The notes beneath the pieces were generated by a model, which was not told where the DNA came from, did no database searches, and was given only the letters and a program-made list of their open reading frames with translations. From Trichodelitschia bisporula (lineage: Eukaryota), in assembly GCA_010356995.1 (NCBI GenBank), contig ML996698.1:741923-805922 (forward strand): a stretch of DNA of 64,000 bases. Reading direction: 5' to 3'. Made by a program: the position numbers and the translations under genes. How positions within the stretch are numbered: position 1 is the first letter of the stretch; every line of letters starts with the position of its first letter. Positions 36,216-48,096 of the stretch are shown in pieces.

Positions 36216-39101
36216 TTACCCAGAGCACATAACACAACTCTCCGGATTCTCAATACTACACGCCAACACCGCATCCGCGTAAATATCCCCCTCCTCCCCC
36301 TTCTCTTCCCCCTTCGCAGCAGCCGGCAGGCTCACAGCGGCCATCCGCCCCGCCAACCCATTGACTTCGCTATCGCTGTCCTTGTCCTTCCCGTTGAGTT
36401 CGGGCGAGGAATCGGGCTCCGGGACGTCGGCCTTGAACGCCGGGACCGTCTGCGGGAGAGGCTTGCCACGGGGAGCCGGGGTGGGACTCGCGGGCACGGT
36501 GTCGGCGCCATTCGTGCCGTTGAGCGCCTTGCTCGCACTCCCATTAACGCTCCCGTTCGTCGCGACCGGACTCGCAGGCACCGGCGCAGCAGTCCCATTC
36601 GGCGTGCTGGACTGATACATCGGCCTCGGGACCGCACTCGGCGTCGAATGCAGCCTCTTGCCCCCCCTCCGCGCAACGCCCGTGTCTGCCACCTTGAGCG
36701 CCTCCTGATCGACCGTGAACTGGATCGGGGCGGACGCGGCCATGGTCCTTAGGTAATACATCCCCGTCTTGAGGCCGAGCTTCCAGCCCGCGAAGTGCAT
36801 GCTCGTGATCTTCCCCATCGTCGGTTCCTTCATATGGATGTTCAGGGACTGGGATTGATCGATGAAGGCCCCGCGATCAGCGGCCATTTGCACAATCGTG
36901 CGTTGGCTGATTTCCCACACGGTTTTGTACAGAGCTTTGATGTCGGCGGGTATGTTGGGGATGTCGGCGATGGAGCCGCCCGCCGCGATGATCCGGTTTT
37001 TCATGTTATCGCTCCAGAGACCCATGTCCACGAGGTCCTTCAGCAGCCAGGGATTCACGATCTGGAATTCGCCCGCCAGCACCCGGCGGCTGTAGATGTT
37101 GCTCGTGTACGGCTCGAAGCACTCGTTGAACCCCAGGATCTGGCTCGTGCTGGCCGTGGGCATCGGCGCCACCAGCAACGAGTTCCGCACCCCGTGCTCG
37201 GCGATGCGTTCTTTCAGCGCCGCCCAGTCCCACAGATCGGTGGGTGTGATCCCCCACATGTCGTACTGCAGCTGGCCCTGGCTGACGGGGCTGCCCGCGT
37301 AGGTAGAGTAGGTCCCGAGCTTGGCGGCGAGGTCGCAGGATGCAGTGAGCGCGGCGTGGTATATCGTCTCGAAGATCTGGATGTTGAGCTGCTTGGCCTC
37401 GGGCGAGTCGAAGGGCATGCGCAGCGCGAGGAACGCATCCGCCAGCCCCTGGACACCCACACCCACGGGCCTGTGGCGCATATTGGAGTTCCGCGCCTCG
37501 GGCACAGGGTAATGATTGATATCCACAATCTTATTCAGATTGCGGATGACGACTTGAGTAACCTGATGCAGCTTCTCAAAATCGTACACCCCGTTCTCAA
37601 CATCCACGAAGCTCGGCAGCGCCAGGCTCGCCAGATTGCACACGGCAACCTCGTCCGGCGCCGTGTACTCCACGATCTCGCAGCACAGATTCGAGCTGCG
37701 GATCGTGCCTAGGTTCTTCTGGTTGCTCTTGCGGTTGCAATGGTCCTTGTACAGCATGAACGGATTCCCGGTCTCGGTCTGGGCTTGCAGAATCGCATAC
37801 CACAGTTTCTGCGCACGAATCGTCTCGCGCCCCTTGCCCTCGGCCTCATACCACTCGTACAAGGCCTCGAACTCGTCGCCGTACACGTCGGCCAGGCCAG
37901 GGCACTCATTCGGGCACATGAGCGTCCAGGTCCCATTCGCCTCGACGCGCTTCATGAACAGATCCGGCGTCCACAGGGCGTAGAACAGATCCCGCGCACG
38001 CGACTCCTCCTTACCATGATTCTTCCTCAGATCGAGGAAGGAAAACACATCCGCGTGCCAGGGCTCGAGGTAAATCGCAAACGCGCCGGGCCGCTTGTTC
38101 CCGCCCTGATCGACATAGCGCGCCGTGGCATCATACACGCGCAGCATAGGAATCAGCCCGTTGGACGTGCCATTCGTGCCGGCGATGTACGAGCCCGTGG
38201 CGCGGATGCGGTGCACATTGAGCCCGATCCCGCCGGCCGTCTTGCTGATCATGGCGCAGGTCTTGAGCGTGTCGTAGATGCCATCAATACTGTCCTCCTT
38301 CATGTCGATCAGGAAGCAGGAGGAGAGCTGCGGGGAGGGCGTGCCGGCGTTGAACAGCGTGGGCGACGCGTGGGTGAAGTACTTGTTCGACATGAGGTTG
38401 TACGTCTCAATCGCGCTCTCAATATCATCCCCGTGGATACCAACCGCCACCCGCATGATCATGTGCTGCGGGCGCTCGGCCACCTTGCCATCAATGCGGA
38501 GCAAATAACTCCTCTCCAGCGTCTTGAACCCAAAGTACTGGTAATTAAAGTCGCGGTCGTACACAATCGCCGAATTGAGCACATCCGCATTCTTGACCAC
38601 GGTCGCATACGTCTGTTCCGAGATCATGGGACACGCCTTCCCGTTCTTCGGGTTGACGTAGTTGTACAGGTCTGCCACGACAGCGGAGAACTGCTTCTTG
38701 GTTTGCTTATGCAGGTTGGAGACCGCGATGCGCGCGGCGAGGATGGCGTAGTCGGGGTGCGTGACGGTCATGTAGGCGGCGGTTTCGGCGGCCTGGGGGC
38801 TGGGTTAGCTTAATGTCCGCCATAGTTATGTCCGGTATAGTGGGGGGAGGGGGTGCGGAAGCACTTACGAGGTTATCAAGCTCAACCGTCGTCACGCCCT
38901 GATACACACCCGAAATGACTTTCTGCGTGATCGCCGCCGCATCGACGTGCTCGGGGTCAAGCCCGTAGCAGAGGCGCGAGACGCGGCTCGAGATCTTGTC
39001 GAACTGGACGGGCTCCTTGCGGCCATCTGGCTATCATCAGCCTCCCTCCTCATTACCAAAGCCATCGAAGCAAACCACATACCGCGCTTGAAGACGAACA
39101 T
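36216..39101 (-). CDS. RNR1: Ribonucleotide reductase large subunit (class Ia)
   Basis: [21 protein letters not shown] cone, [40 protein letters not shown] and C-terminal CVMCSG. Exons 39083-39101, 38869-39026 and 36216-38792. Confidence 0.99.
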
Positions 39102-39371
39102 GCTGTCTGGTGGTACAGCAACGGTGATTTACGGGTGTGGGGAGAAAGGAGAAGGCGAAAACAAGGCCAGCAGGTATTCGCGCGAGGTGGAGACGAGCGT
39201 GAGGCGTAGTGGAGACGAGCGTGAAGCGTAGACAATGAAAGCAGTAACAAACCTCGCGATCGAGCACCTTGCACCGCGTTGTCAAGTAGAGTGTTTGTTT
39301 GGGGAGTAGGTGGTGGGGTTGTGATGAGGAAGGGCGAGGGAGAGGGGGCGCGTGTCTGCAGATTTAAAAGA

Positions 39372-39393
39372 ACGCGTTAACGCGTCAACGCGT
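39372..39393. promoter_or_regulatory. Three tandem MCB elements (ACGCGT) in the RNR1 promoter
   Basis: ACGCGT at 39372, 39380 and 39388 (8-bp period), about 270 nt upstream of the ATG and beside an AT-rich TTTAAA. MBF control of RNR genes at G1/S is established in fungi. Confidence 0.85.
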
Positions 39394-39649
39394 ACTTGTG
39401 TGTTTGCCAAGGGGCAGGGGGCGGGCGGGGTGATGGGGGCGGGTGAGAGGGCGGGGGGGGGGGTTGTCTTGATTGCTCAGCAACAGGTGCCTGAATCGTC
39501 CTGTCTCTCATTAGGCTGAAGTATCGTTTCTTCACTATTGCAGTGGAGCAGATCAGCCGAACCGTAACCCGCTGTGTTCCGCGCGGGTCAGCGGCGTCTA
39601 TGTATATTTACGACGTCTCCTTCCTAAACGCCGTGAACCGCCCTCCTCT

Positions 39650-39805
39650 TGTAATTATGGAAGGAGGCATTCTTATACACGGTACGGATGTAAGCATGGG
39701 ACAATGATGTAATGCGAGTATGATGGAAGGAAGGGGCAAAGGAGGATACTCCGCATCGTGTTATTTGAATACCTCGAGAGTCTCTATATCTCGGGTACCA
39801 TTACA
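39650..39805 (+). mobile_element. Degenerate dispersed repeat, solo-LTR/MITE-like, copy 2
   Basis: Bounded by the inverted ends TGTAAT...ATTACA. Shares blocks at 39718-39734 and 39769-39785 with copy 1. No clear target-site duplication. Confidence 0.55.
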
Positions 39806-41445
39806 CACACCCTCAAAACCTTGCCTATCTCTTCCTTTCCTCGGCTTCTTTAGTACTTTACGGTTTGCGTATTATTATGCACGTGCTGTGAGTCCCGCCT
39901 TATATTACCTATGTCTACTTTACATTCTACTTTCGACCTCATTCTGAGCATACCGTTAGATTGGGCCAGACGGCGATGGCTTCGGCTCTATCAACCTGCT
40001 CGCCGGCAGGGCGGCATGCCGGCATAACATGCTTCCTTCACTACTAGTTCCGAATAGCCATGTCGCACTCAGCACAGCAACTGTAGGATAATTCGGTTCA
40101 AACCGAGACCCAGACAGTCCAGCCCCGCTCTCAACCTCCTCCAGCACCTGCGCCATGTCTCCAATCGCATTCCTCCGCTCCAGCACCAGCTCCAGTCAAG
40201 ACATCCACGTTCCGCTCCAAAGCAGTGCCGTCCGTTTGGGGCTGCTGACTGAAAGGAAGCCTGAGCATGGGAATAGGCTGGGATTGGTAGGTAAGGCCGT
40301 GATACAGTATATGGGCGGTATGCGAAGACCGAAGCATGTTAGAAACCATCAGACAAGGCTGTAACCTTGGCAAACGAGGAGTGTACCATGAGCATGAACC
40401 ATTGTACATGGCTGTCGACAAAATATGCAAGTCAAAGGCTGAAGGGAGACAAACCGCCGAAAGGGGCCATCACAACTAGTAGCCACGACCCCCACACTCA
40501 GACATATCAAAGACAGCACATCCCATTCCTTCTCACGCGAAAGCCGTACATACAACCCCACAATGCCTCAACAAGCCCGCCCCATGAACATCGAACATTA
40601 TCCACCCATGCATCCCACGAAAAAAAAAAAGCCGAACCGCAAACCCAATCATCCCTATTCTTCAACTAATCCCTCCGCCTCAAACCTCAGACCAGAGTCA
40701 CCATCACAACAAAGCAAGCCACCATACTTCCACATTATTTATTCTCCACAATCCCATTCCCATCCCATCTCTTGCCAGTCTCGGGCCCCTACTCTCAAGG
40801 CTTCGTCGCGCCTGCCGCAGTGTGCCCAGGTATTGAGCAAAAGTGTCTGACAAGACACACCAACAACCGCCTCTCCCCCATCCAAACTACCTATTACAAT
40901 CATGTCGGCCCACGGCCTAGGCAAAGGACGGAGAAGCGCCGCCTCCGTACGCAGACGCGACCAGACAGACAAACACACCACCAGACAGCAGACAGCATCT
41001 CTAGTGTACAAACGCCTCCATCGCATCTCACAGGCACGACACGCCACGACCAATCCATCGTGACATCGAAACGACAGTAGTGAAAGCGCCTCCACAGACA
41101 CAAAAGAAGAAAGCTTGAAAAGAAAAAATGCAACCCCCTACACCCTCCCCAACTCCCTGCCAACATGAATGATTTTTGCGGCACAAACACACAACATAGT
41201 TGAAGGAGCCCCCCATTGCGGAAAAAAAAGCCCCGAGAAACACACACGCACACCGCCTCGTCCCCTCACCGCCCGATAGTAGAATCCGGCACATGGACGA
41301 GAATGCCAACAATATCACCGACAAGGCAGCCAGAGATCAGAACAACACCTCCATCCCTACAACCCCTCAGCCCCACCAGCAACTAGTGCGGTGGCGCAGC
41401 AAAACCGGCAGCTCGGAGGCAGGCTACAAGACCCCAAGGCCCTCG

Positions 41446-43185
41446 CTATCCACAGCAAAGCACCTTAACAAACTTCTGCCACGCGCTCGGTTTTTGCTCC
41501 TCCACACCCCTTGCCTGGGGACTCTGCAGCCCAACACCATTAGCCTGCATCGTCGGCGGCTGCGCCACGCTCGCGCGATTATTCCCCAAATTCTGCGTGC
41601 TGTGCTGGAACTGCGCTGCCGTCGACCCCTCCGGCTGACGGAAATCAGCCGTGCTCTGGCGCTTCGCCGCGAGCGCTGCGTCGGAGCCATAGGCGGCGGG
41701 ATCGCCGGGGCGGCGTTGGGGGTGGCGCGACGGACCGGTGGTCTGTCGCGCTGCGCCCGGCTTTGGAAGGTCGGCGTCGAGGCGGCCGATCGGGATGGCT
41801 GACTTTGAGGGGCGGGGCTGGCCGTGCAGCTCCCGCTGCGACGAGTTTGGGACGCCGTGGCTGACGTGGGCTGCCGTGGGGTGGATCTTCAATGCTTCCC
41901 AGCCCTTGCCGCCATTGAGCTTCATCCAGTCGTATTCGCCGTCTTCCACTTCGCCAGTGTTCTTCAGTGCCTGCGTGAAGAGCTCGCGCAGATAGTCGTA
42001 GTCGGGCTGGTCCTCGAAGCCAAGGTTGCGGACGTAGCTGAGGTACTTGTTGAACTCCTCTGTTGCATGTGTTAGTCTTGCACATGACAGACGCCAAGCC
42101 CAGTTAGTGGACGTATTGCCAACATACCAGGGAAGCCCTCGCACAAGTCCTTGATGGCAGTGGTCTGCTTCTTCTCGCCAATCTTCTCGTACTTCTGCTT
42201 GTTCGTAGCCGCCTTCAGGCCTTGCCAAGGCAGCCCGCCGCGCAGGAAGTACATGAAGACGTGACCCAAAGCCTCCAAGTCGTCTCGCCGCGACTGCTCC
42301 CGACCCAGATGCGTGTTGATACTCATGTATCTTGCCGTGCCGGAGAGCGACTTGCGCTCGCGGTAGGGAATGTGCTGCTTCGTCTTAGGGTCGCGGTACT
42401 GCTTCGCCATGCCGAAGTCGACGACGTGGATGACGTTGGCCGCCTTGGTGCCGGGCCGGCCGATGAGGAAGTTGTCGGGTTTGATGTCACGGTAGATGAG
42501 GTTCTTCTCGTGGATGGTTTGGACGCGAGACAGCTAGAGAGATGAGTTGAGAGCCGCACGCGCTACAGAGAAGGCGTACCATTTGCTTCGCAACCATGAC
42601 AACCGTCTTGATGGAGAAGCGGCGATGGCAGAGGTCAAAGAGATCCTCGAGACTCGGGCCGAGGAGGTCAATCACAAGGATGTTGTGAAGGCCCTCCTGG
42701 CCGAAATAATAGACATTGGGAATGCCAGCTGCACGTGTTGTCAGTCAATGTTCCCCGTGTGGAAGGCGATTTGCGGATAGCGGCCCTAGCCAGAGAGTAC
42801 GAAATGCGTGCAGCGTGTCCAAAATTTCATACTCATCATGACATTGTGGTCCGGGTTCAACGCGAGGTAGGGCGACTGAGGATGCGTCGACTTACGACAT
42901 CCCACAAGGATCTTGTACGTGCGATATTCGTCTCTCAATTGCGGAGCATCGCTCTTGCGCGGTTCCTAGAAGACGCGTCAGCGGGCTCATCGGAGGGCGA
43001 GGGGACGCAGCGTCGACACGACGGCATCCGCATCGAGCGACGTCGGAGAAACATACAAACTTGATGGCGACTTGCTGATTGTTGAGCAGGTTGGTGCCTT
43101 CAAAGAGCACACCGAAAGAACCCTCACCGATCTTCTTCCCCACGCGATAGTGGACTCCCACGACGTTTGACGATGATGAGGCCAT
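41446..43185 (-). CDS. Casein kinase I, membrane-anchored Yck/Cki type
   Basis: [60 protein letters not shown] and a C-terminal CCG palmitoylation motif. Exons 43057-43185, 42896-42965, 42580-42728, 42128-42533 and 41446-42059. Confidence 0.98.
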
Positions 43186-43500
43186 GGCTCAGTGCAGAGC
43201 GGCCGCGGAGAGGCTCCAAACTGGCGGGCGGGTCCAGTTGGGGTTTTGACGACCGTCGTCTTCTCCTGTTTTGGAGGAGGAGTGGCCAAGAGTCGGGAGG
43301 AGCGGTGTGTGGGAAGTGTAGGATTTTTCGGTGGGCGGAATGTAGAGAAGAGGAATTTTGCAGCGGGAAGGGAGAGAAAGATTTGGAAAGGGTTGAAGGT
43401 TGATGGAGTTTTGGTGAAGAAGGAAGCGTGTTTGGGGGTGGACGGACGGGGGTGCGTGGGGAGCGGGAGAGTGGGAGTTGGGGGAGTGGGCTGGGTGGAG

Positions 43501-43525
43501 GTGTGTGTGTGTGTGTGTGTGTGTG
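43501..43525. repeat. (GT)n microsatellite
   Basis: Direct reading, in the leader region upstream of CK1. Confidence 0.95.
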
Positions 43526-43688
43526 CGTGTGGTTGTGCAGGAAAAGAACAGCAGCGACGCACGGCAGCGGGTTTGGCGGTCGGTGGACAGCTGTTGGGTG
43601 ATTGGGCGAAAGGCAGCCTAATTGCCTCCTAGCCCATGCCAAGCACGAGACGGCTATATGGGGATGATAGAAACGTGATAAGGGACCA

Positions 43689-43850
43689 GAGAGAGGGACC
43701 AGAGAGAAGAGAGAAGAGAGAGAAGAGGAGAAGAAGAGAGGAAAAGAGGAAGAGCGGAAGAGAGGAAGAGAGGAAGAGAGGAAGAGAGAAAAGAGGAAGA
43801 GAGGGAGAGGGAGAGAGGGAGAGAGGAAGAGAAGAGCAGGCGAGAAAAGA
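43689..43850. repeat. Polypurine (GA-rich) low-complexity tract
   Basis: Almost pure A/G with GAGGAAGA-like units; it reads as a CT-rich tract on the CK1 sense strand. Confidence 0.9.
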
Positions 43851-45849
43851 GTCAAAGTGAGCGGAGGTGAGCGAGAGAGAGAGACACGCCCTCCCAACCA
43901 ATCACAACACCCTGCACGACAAGAGAGGAGAACGAGACTTCTTGGCCCGTGTGTTGACCGACGAGACCACCCACCATCCCCAAACAGGAAAGCGCAAATC
44001 AGCGCCGCGGCTCTCGCCAATAAGAGCCGCAGAAATGCACGGGGAAGGGGGGGGCTGGGCAGCAGGCACGGGCAGGTACTGGCCCAGCAGCGCGGCGGGG
44101 GCGGCTCGGGGGGCTTGCTGCGCTCGGCGGTGGCGCGGTACGAAAGGGTTCCCCAATTATACGCACCAGCCTCATCGCCGAGGGCCGTTGCGGCGTCCAA
44201 GGGAGTGGCTGGCATGGCTGTATATAGGGCTGTCTGTCATCGCCATCTGTCAGTGGTTGTCGAGATGGCGATCTTGATGTGAAGGGCAGAGAGAGAAGCG
44301 GAGGGGCTTTCTCATTTGATGCCGGCTTGACACCGCACCGGCGGTCTTTGCTTCTACCGGCACTGCAACTACGGCGCTGGAGCAGAGCACCAATGCACTG
44401 CACCCTGCAGGGACGGGCCCGCGACGGTGAGGCGCGCGTCTAGACGTACAAGACTCTTTGCCTCTTATGCGTGTCCAGAATGCTCAATTGCTCGTGGTCC
44501 TCTGTTTCCTCGGAGCAATGCCTCCGACTTGTCAACTCCAATGCCGCAATCCCCAATGCCTAAAACTATCATCTTGGAAATGTCGCTACCGTACTAGTGC
44601 GCCGACGCTGCTATTCCTCACCGCGCCGGTCCTCGAGTACTTCGGTATCCTAACGCCTCTCGGAAGTACACACGGGTCGAGGGCCAGGGGTCTTCCGTGC
44701 GACAACCCCGGGAACGCACAAACGCCTCACGATTAATGCGATGCGTTATGGACTGGCTTCGTGAATAAGCTCCTTTTCCTCGTGCTGCCAAAGGGCTTCA
44801 GCTCCGAAGCCCTACTTCTGCTGAGGAAGGAAGTTCAGGCAGCTGGATTGTGCATATGAATGGTTTGCGCTTTGTTCTTCGGTTCTCAAGAGCCCGGAGA
44901 GGATGCTTGAATTCAACATCTGACGTGCACGGTTGGCAAAACAAACCGGTCCGTCTGCCATGTTGCTTTGAACAAAGTGCTGAAACCACTCCTCCTTGGA
45001 ATAATCGGACCATCTGCTGTAGGACATCGTCGTGTCCTAGCTTGTTCCTTTTCAAAGCAGTCTGCTGTTCTCCAAATCCGCATTCCATCAACAGGACTAG
45101 AGACCGTGCTTTTTTTGACCTGAAACGAGATTGGACACCTTCTTTCTCCTCAGCTTGTGGTGCATGTACCGGCCGATTACGATGAAGCGGTGTGAGATAT
45201 CCGATTGTAATGCGAACGTCCAGTGGTAGAGAGAAAGAGAAGTTATGACATACATGCTCTGCAGTTCAGCACTCTTTTCCAGTGAGAAGTCGCCTTGGAA
45301 GTCTCCTAAGAGCGCATGAAACGGAACACGCAGGGGACTGGTTGGCGAGCTCTGCAATGTTGGACATGACGATATCAGCGAGACTGGCATCACAGAAGCA
45401 TTGAATGAGAGGTATCCAAACTAGATCGGAGAAACCCATCTCATCAAGAAGGGCTTCGGTCGGACGATATCTTAAAGAATAGGTGGGAGAACGATAAGCA
45501 GCCATAGTAGATAGACCTGTATCAGCATCACTCAGACTTCGTACGTTGCTCTCGCATCAAGCACTTCACATAAAGAGGAATCGCTTCTTCATTCAACTAC
45601 TCAACGCGGCCGACCGCCCGAGAAACAAGAACATATCCCGATCCCCTCCACAAACACATCGCCTATCGTGAAGCTCGCTCCAGGAACCCATGGTATCAAG
45701 AGCCGTCTAGATGTCCATTCCCGGGTCACCCCAGCACAAACAAAACCATCATCCATAAGCGCCACGCGCCCATAACCATAAGCCAGTGCCTGTATAAACA
45801 CCATATCGTACATATCAATCAGACCCATCCCATCTCTAACCCCCTAGAA

Positions 45850-47190
45850 CTAAACAAAGCTCCCCGACCCCCCAGAAAAGCGAATCATAAGCTGATTATT
45901 TCCCGCGCGCGGATTAACGCTATGCCCCTCCCCCTCTCCGACATTAACATCCAGCGAAGAGAACGGCGTCTCAGTCACCCCATGCTTATGCCCCAGCAAC
46001 AACGTCCCAGAAACCTGAAGCCGATTCGTGCCCGGCCGCGTCGTGATCTTGAGCTCAAACTTCTGCACATCCAGATTCTCGCTCAGCGACTCCGCAGTCA
46101 CCGTGCCGCTAGACCCCGACGCCTGCTGCGACGCATACTGCCCATTGCTCGTAGCATACGGCGACTGATTCCCGCCATACGTGTACGACGGCGCGGTAGT
46201 AGTATGATAACTCGCCTGCTGGCTCTGGCTCAGCGTATCCGCCAGCGTCTGTGGGCGCTCGAAGCTCTGCCGCGCCGGAGCCGGCTCGGGATGCTGGAAC
46301 GAGGGCGTGGACGTCGGCACCGGCACGGGCGCAGGCGCAGGCGTGGACGTCGGCACCGACGCGGGTGCAGGTGCAGGCGTCATATTCCCCACCGCCGCCG
46401 TCGCCAGCGCCCAAATCCGCTGCTCGATATCATCATGACTATTCACGACCGTGCCCTCGCGCGCGCTCTGCTCGCGCTGCTGCTCCTGCGCCGCGCGAAG
46501 GATAAGTTCAGCCTGACGCTTCGGGCCTGGCGGCCTACCCCGGCGGCGCTTCACAATACCATTCGGATTCGGGCTACCACTGCCAGCGCCGGACATGAAC
46601 GCCATAGGCGCAGGTGCAGCACCAGGCGCAGGCGTCGCGCCTGCTGCGCGCAAGGCTGCGGCGAGCGTGTTAGGTGGTTCGGATGGGAGGGCAGACGGGA
46701 GCGAGGACTTGGGCGGACGGCCACGGGGGCGCTTGAAGGGCGGGCCTGTGCCGCCGAGCGCGGGGTCGATGAGGCTACTAGGCGTGGGCGGGGGGGGACC
46801 GGCGGCGAGGAAGGCTGCTGCTTCGCGCTGGCGGGGCCCGGAGCCCTTGGGACGGCCGGGGCCGCGCTTCGCGGGTGTTGGATTCGGGTTCTGGGGCGTG
46901 TTTGTTGTGGTCCATTGCGTCTGGGCGGCGGGCGCGGCGGGCGCGTCGTAGAAGGTTTCGCCGGGGGTTTGGTGGCCGGTGGGGAGGGTGTCTGCGCTGG
47001 TGGGGAGGGTGTCGGCGCGGGTGGGTAGATGGTAGGGTTCCGCGGGGCCTTCGGTGGAGGTGAGCGCGACGTCTGCGGACGGTCCGGTAGGGTTCGCGCT
47101 GGGGCCGCGGTGGGAAAAGGGTGAACCCGGCGAACCGGAGGATTCGGATGTGTTGTCGCCGATGTCAATGGTAGGCATTGCGCGGTGCAT
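45850..47190 (-). CDS. AT-hook DNA-binding protein with small beta-rich C-terminal domain
   Basis: Three AT-hook motifs (KRGPGRPKG, KRPRGRPPK, KRRRGRPPG) in a Pro/Ala-rich ORF. Start at ATG 47190 or 47178. Confidence 0.85.
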   Translation of the reverse strand: MHRAMPTIDIGDNTSESSGSPGSPFSHRGPSANPTGPSADVALTSTEGPAEPYHLPTRADTLPTSADTLPTGHQTPGETFYDAPAAPAAQTQWTTTNTPQNPNPTPAKRGPGRPKGSGPRQREAAAFLAAGPPPPTPSSLIDPALGGTGPPFKRPRGRPPKSSLPSALPSEPPNTLAAALRAAGATPAPGAAPAPMAFMSGAGSGSPNPNGIVKRRRGRPPGPKRQAELILRAAQEQQREQSAREGTVVNSHDDIEQRIWALATAAVGNMTPAPAPASVPTSTPAPAPVPVPTSTPSFQHPEPAPARQSFERPQTLADTLSQSQQASYHTTTAPSYTYGGNQSPYATSNGQYASQQASGSSGTVTAESLSENLDVQKFELKITTRPGTNRLQVSGTLLLGHKHGVTETPFSSLDVNVGEGEGHSVNPRAGNNQLMIRFSGGSGSFV

Positions 47191-48096
47191 CGTAGGACCG
47201 CTGCGGCGGTGGAAGCGATGAGAGATGTTGCAATTGGCGATGGAGATGGTCAGTTTAGGTTCCAACGAATGGCGCGTCGTTCTGGCGCGGGAGCTGGGCA
47301 CGTGATTTGGTGAATGCGGGGCAGGGGTATTATTGCGTGAGCACGGGCCACCGGAGCGGAATATAGATGTTCAGAGATCCTTACGATCTCAGCCAGTTCA
47401 GCTTCAATGTTGCTAAGGACAAGACATGCAACAGCATACGCATCTGATATATCCGCTCGCCCGGATAAAAGGAGGCTATGGCAAGGGATGGCTGAGAGAT
47501 GGGCGGGCAAAGCTGAACTTCCAGCACATAGAGCCGGGGGCTGGATTGCACGACAAATCTACAGCAAAGGCCAACTCTGCTCTTAACATCACCAACGGTC
47601 AAAAGCTGGCTCTATGTAAATATCAGTCCTTTGACGGCCCGCGGCATTTGCAAACTTGTAACAAAGAATTGAGTCTCATCGACATGCCGTATGTACAAAG
47701 CGATCAAGCGCCCAAGACTGACGTGCACGATCTGGATCGAGGAGAGCTGCTCGCTAGATATGATCATAGTCTGCTTGCAGTTGCGCGGATAGATCATGTC
47801 ACCATCGTTCTTACGTTAACTCCCCAAATCAATATATCGCCTACAGGCCGCAAAGCTGCTCCCCACTTCATCTATGAACGTCATTCGAAGACCTTGATGT
47901 GTTCATATGAGAGCAGAGCAAGTCAAAATCATATTCAGCCGTTAAGAGGCATCTATTAGGAACATGAGAAACCTAACATTGGGCCAGCCACTACCATCTC
48001 CTACCTTGCCATGATCACTCATATGAAACAACAGTCTCAATATCACGACACTTGTGGCACCAGTAACAAATTAGATTCCCTTGTTATATTGCCTAC

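Noticed and set aside
36795..38813. Long plus-strand ORFs (305 and 357 aa) opposite RNR1, and similar ones opposite SepH, NUP133, the proteases and the AT-hook gene
   Set aside because: These are antisense shadows of GC3-rich coding sequence.
43124..44215. 363-aa ORF upstream of CK1
   Set aside because: It is produced by stop-poor CT and CA repeats and translates to low-complexity sequence.
47400..48090. RIP-mutated transposon relic in the AT-richer interval
   Set aside because: CpA dinucleotides remain common by eye and there are no transposase or reverse transcriptase motifs; more likely UTR or promoter sequence.
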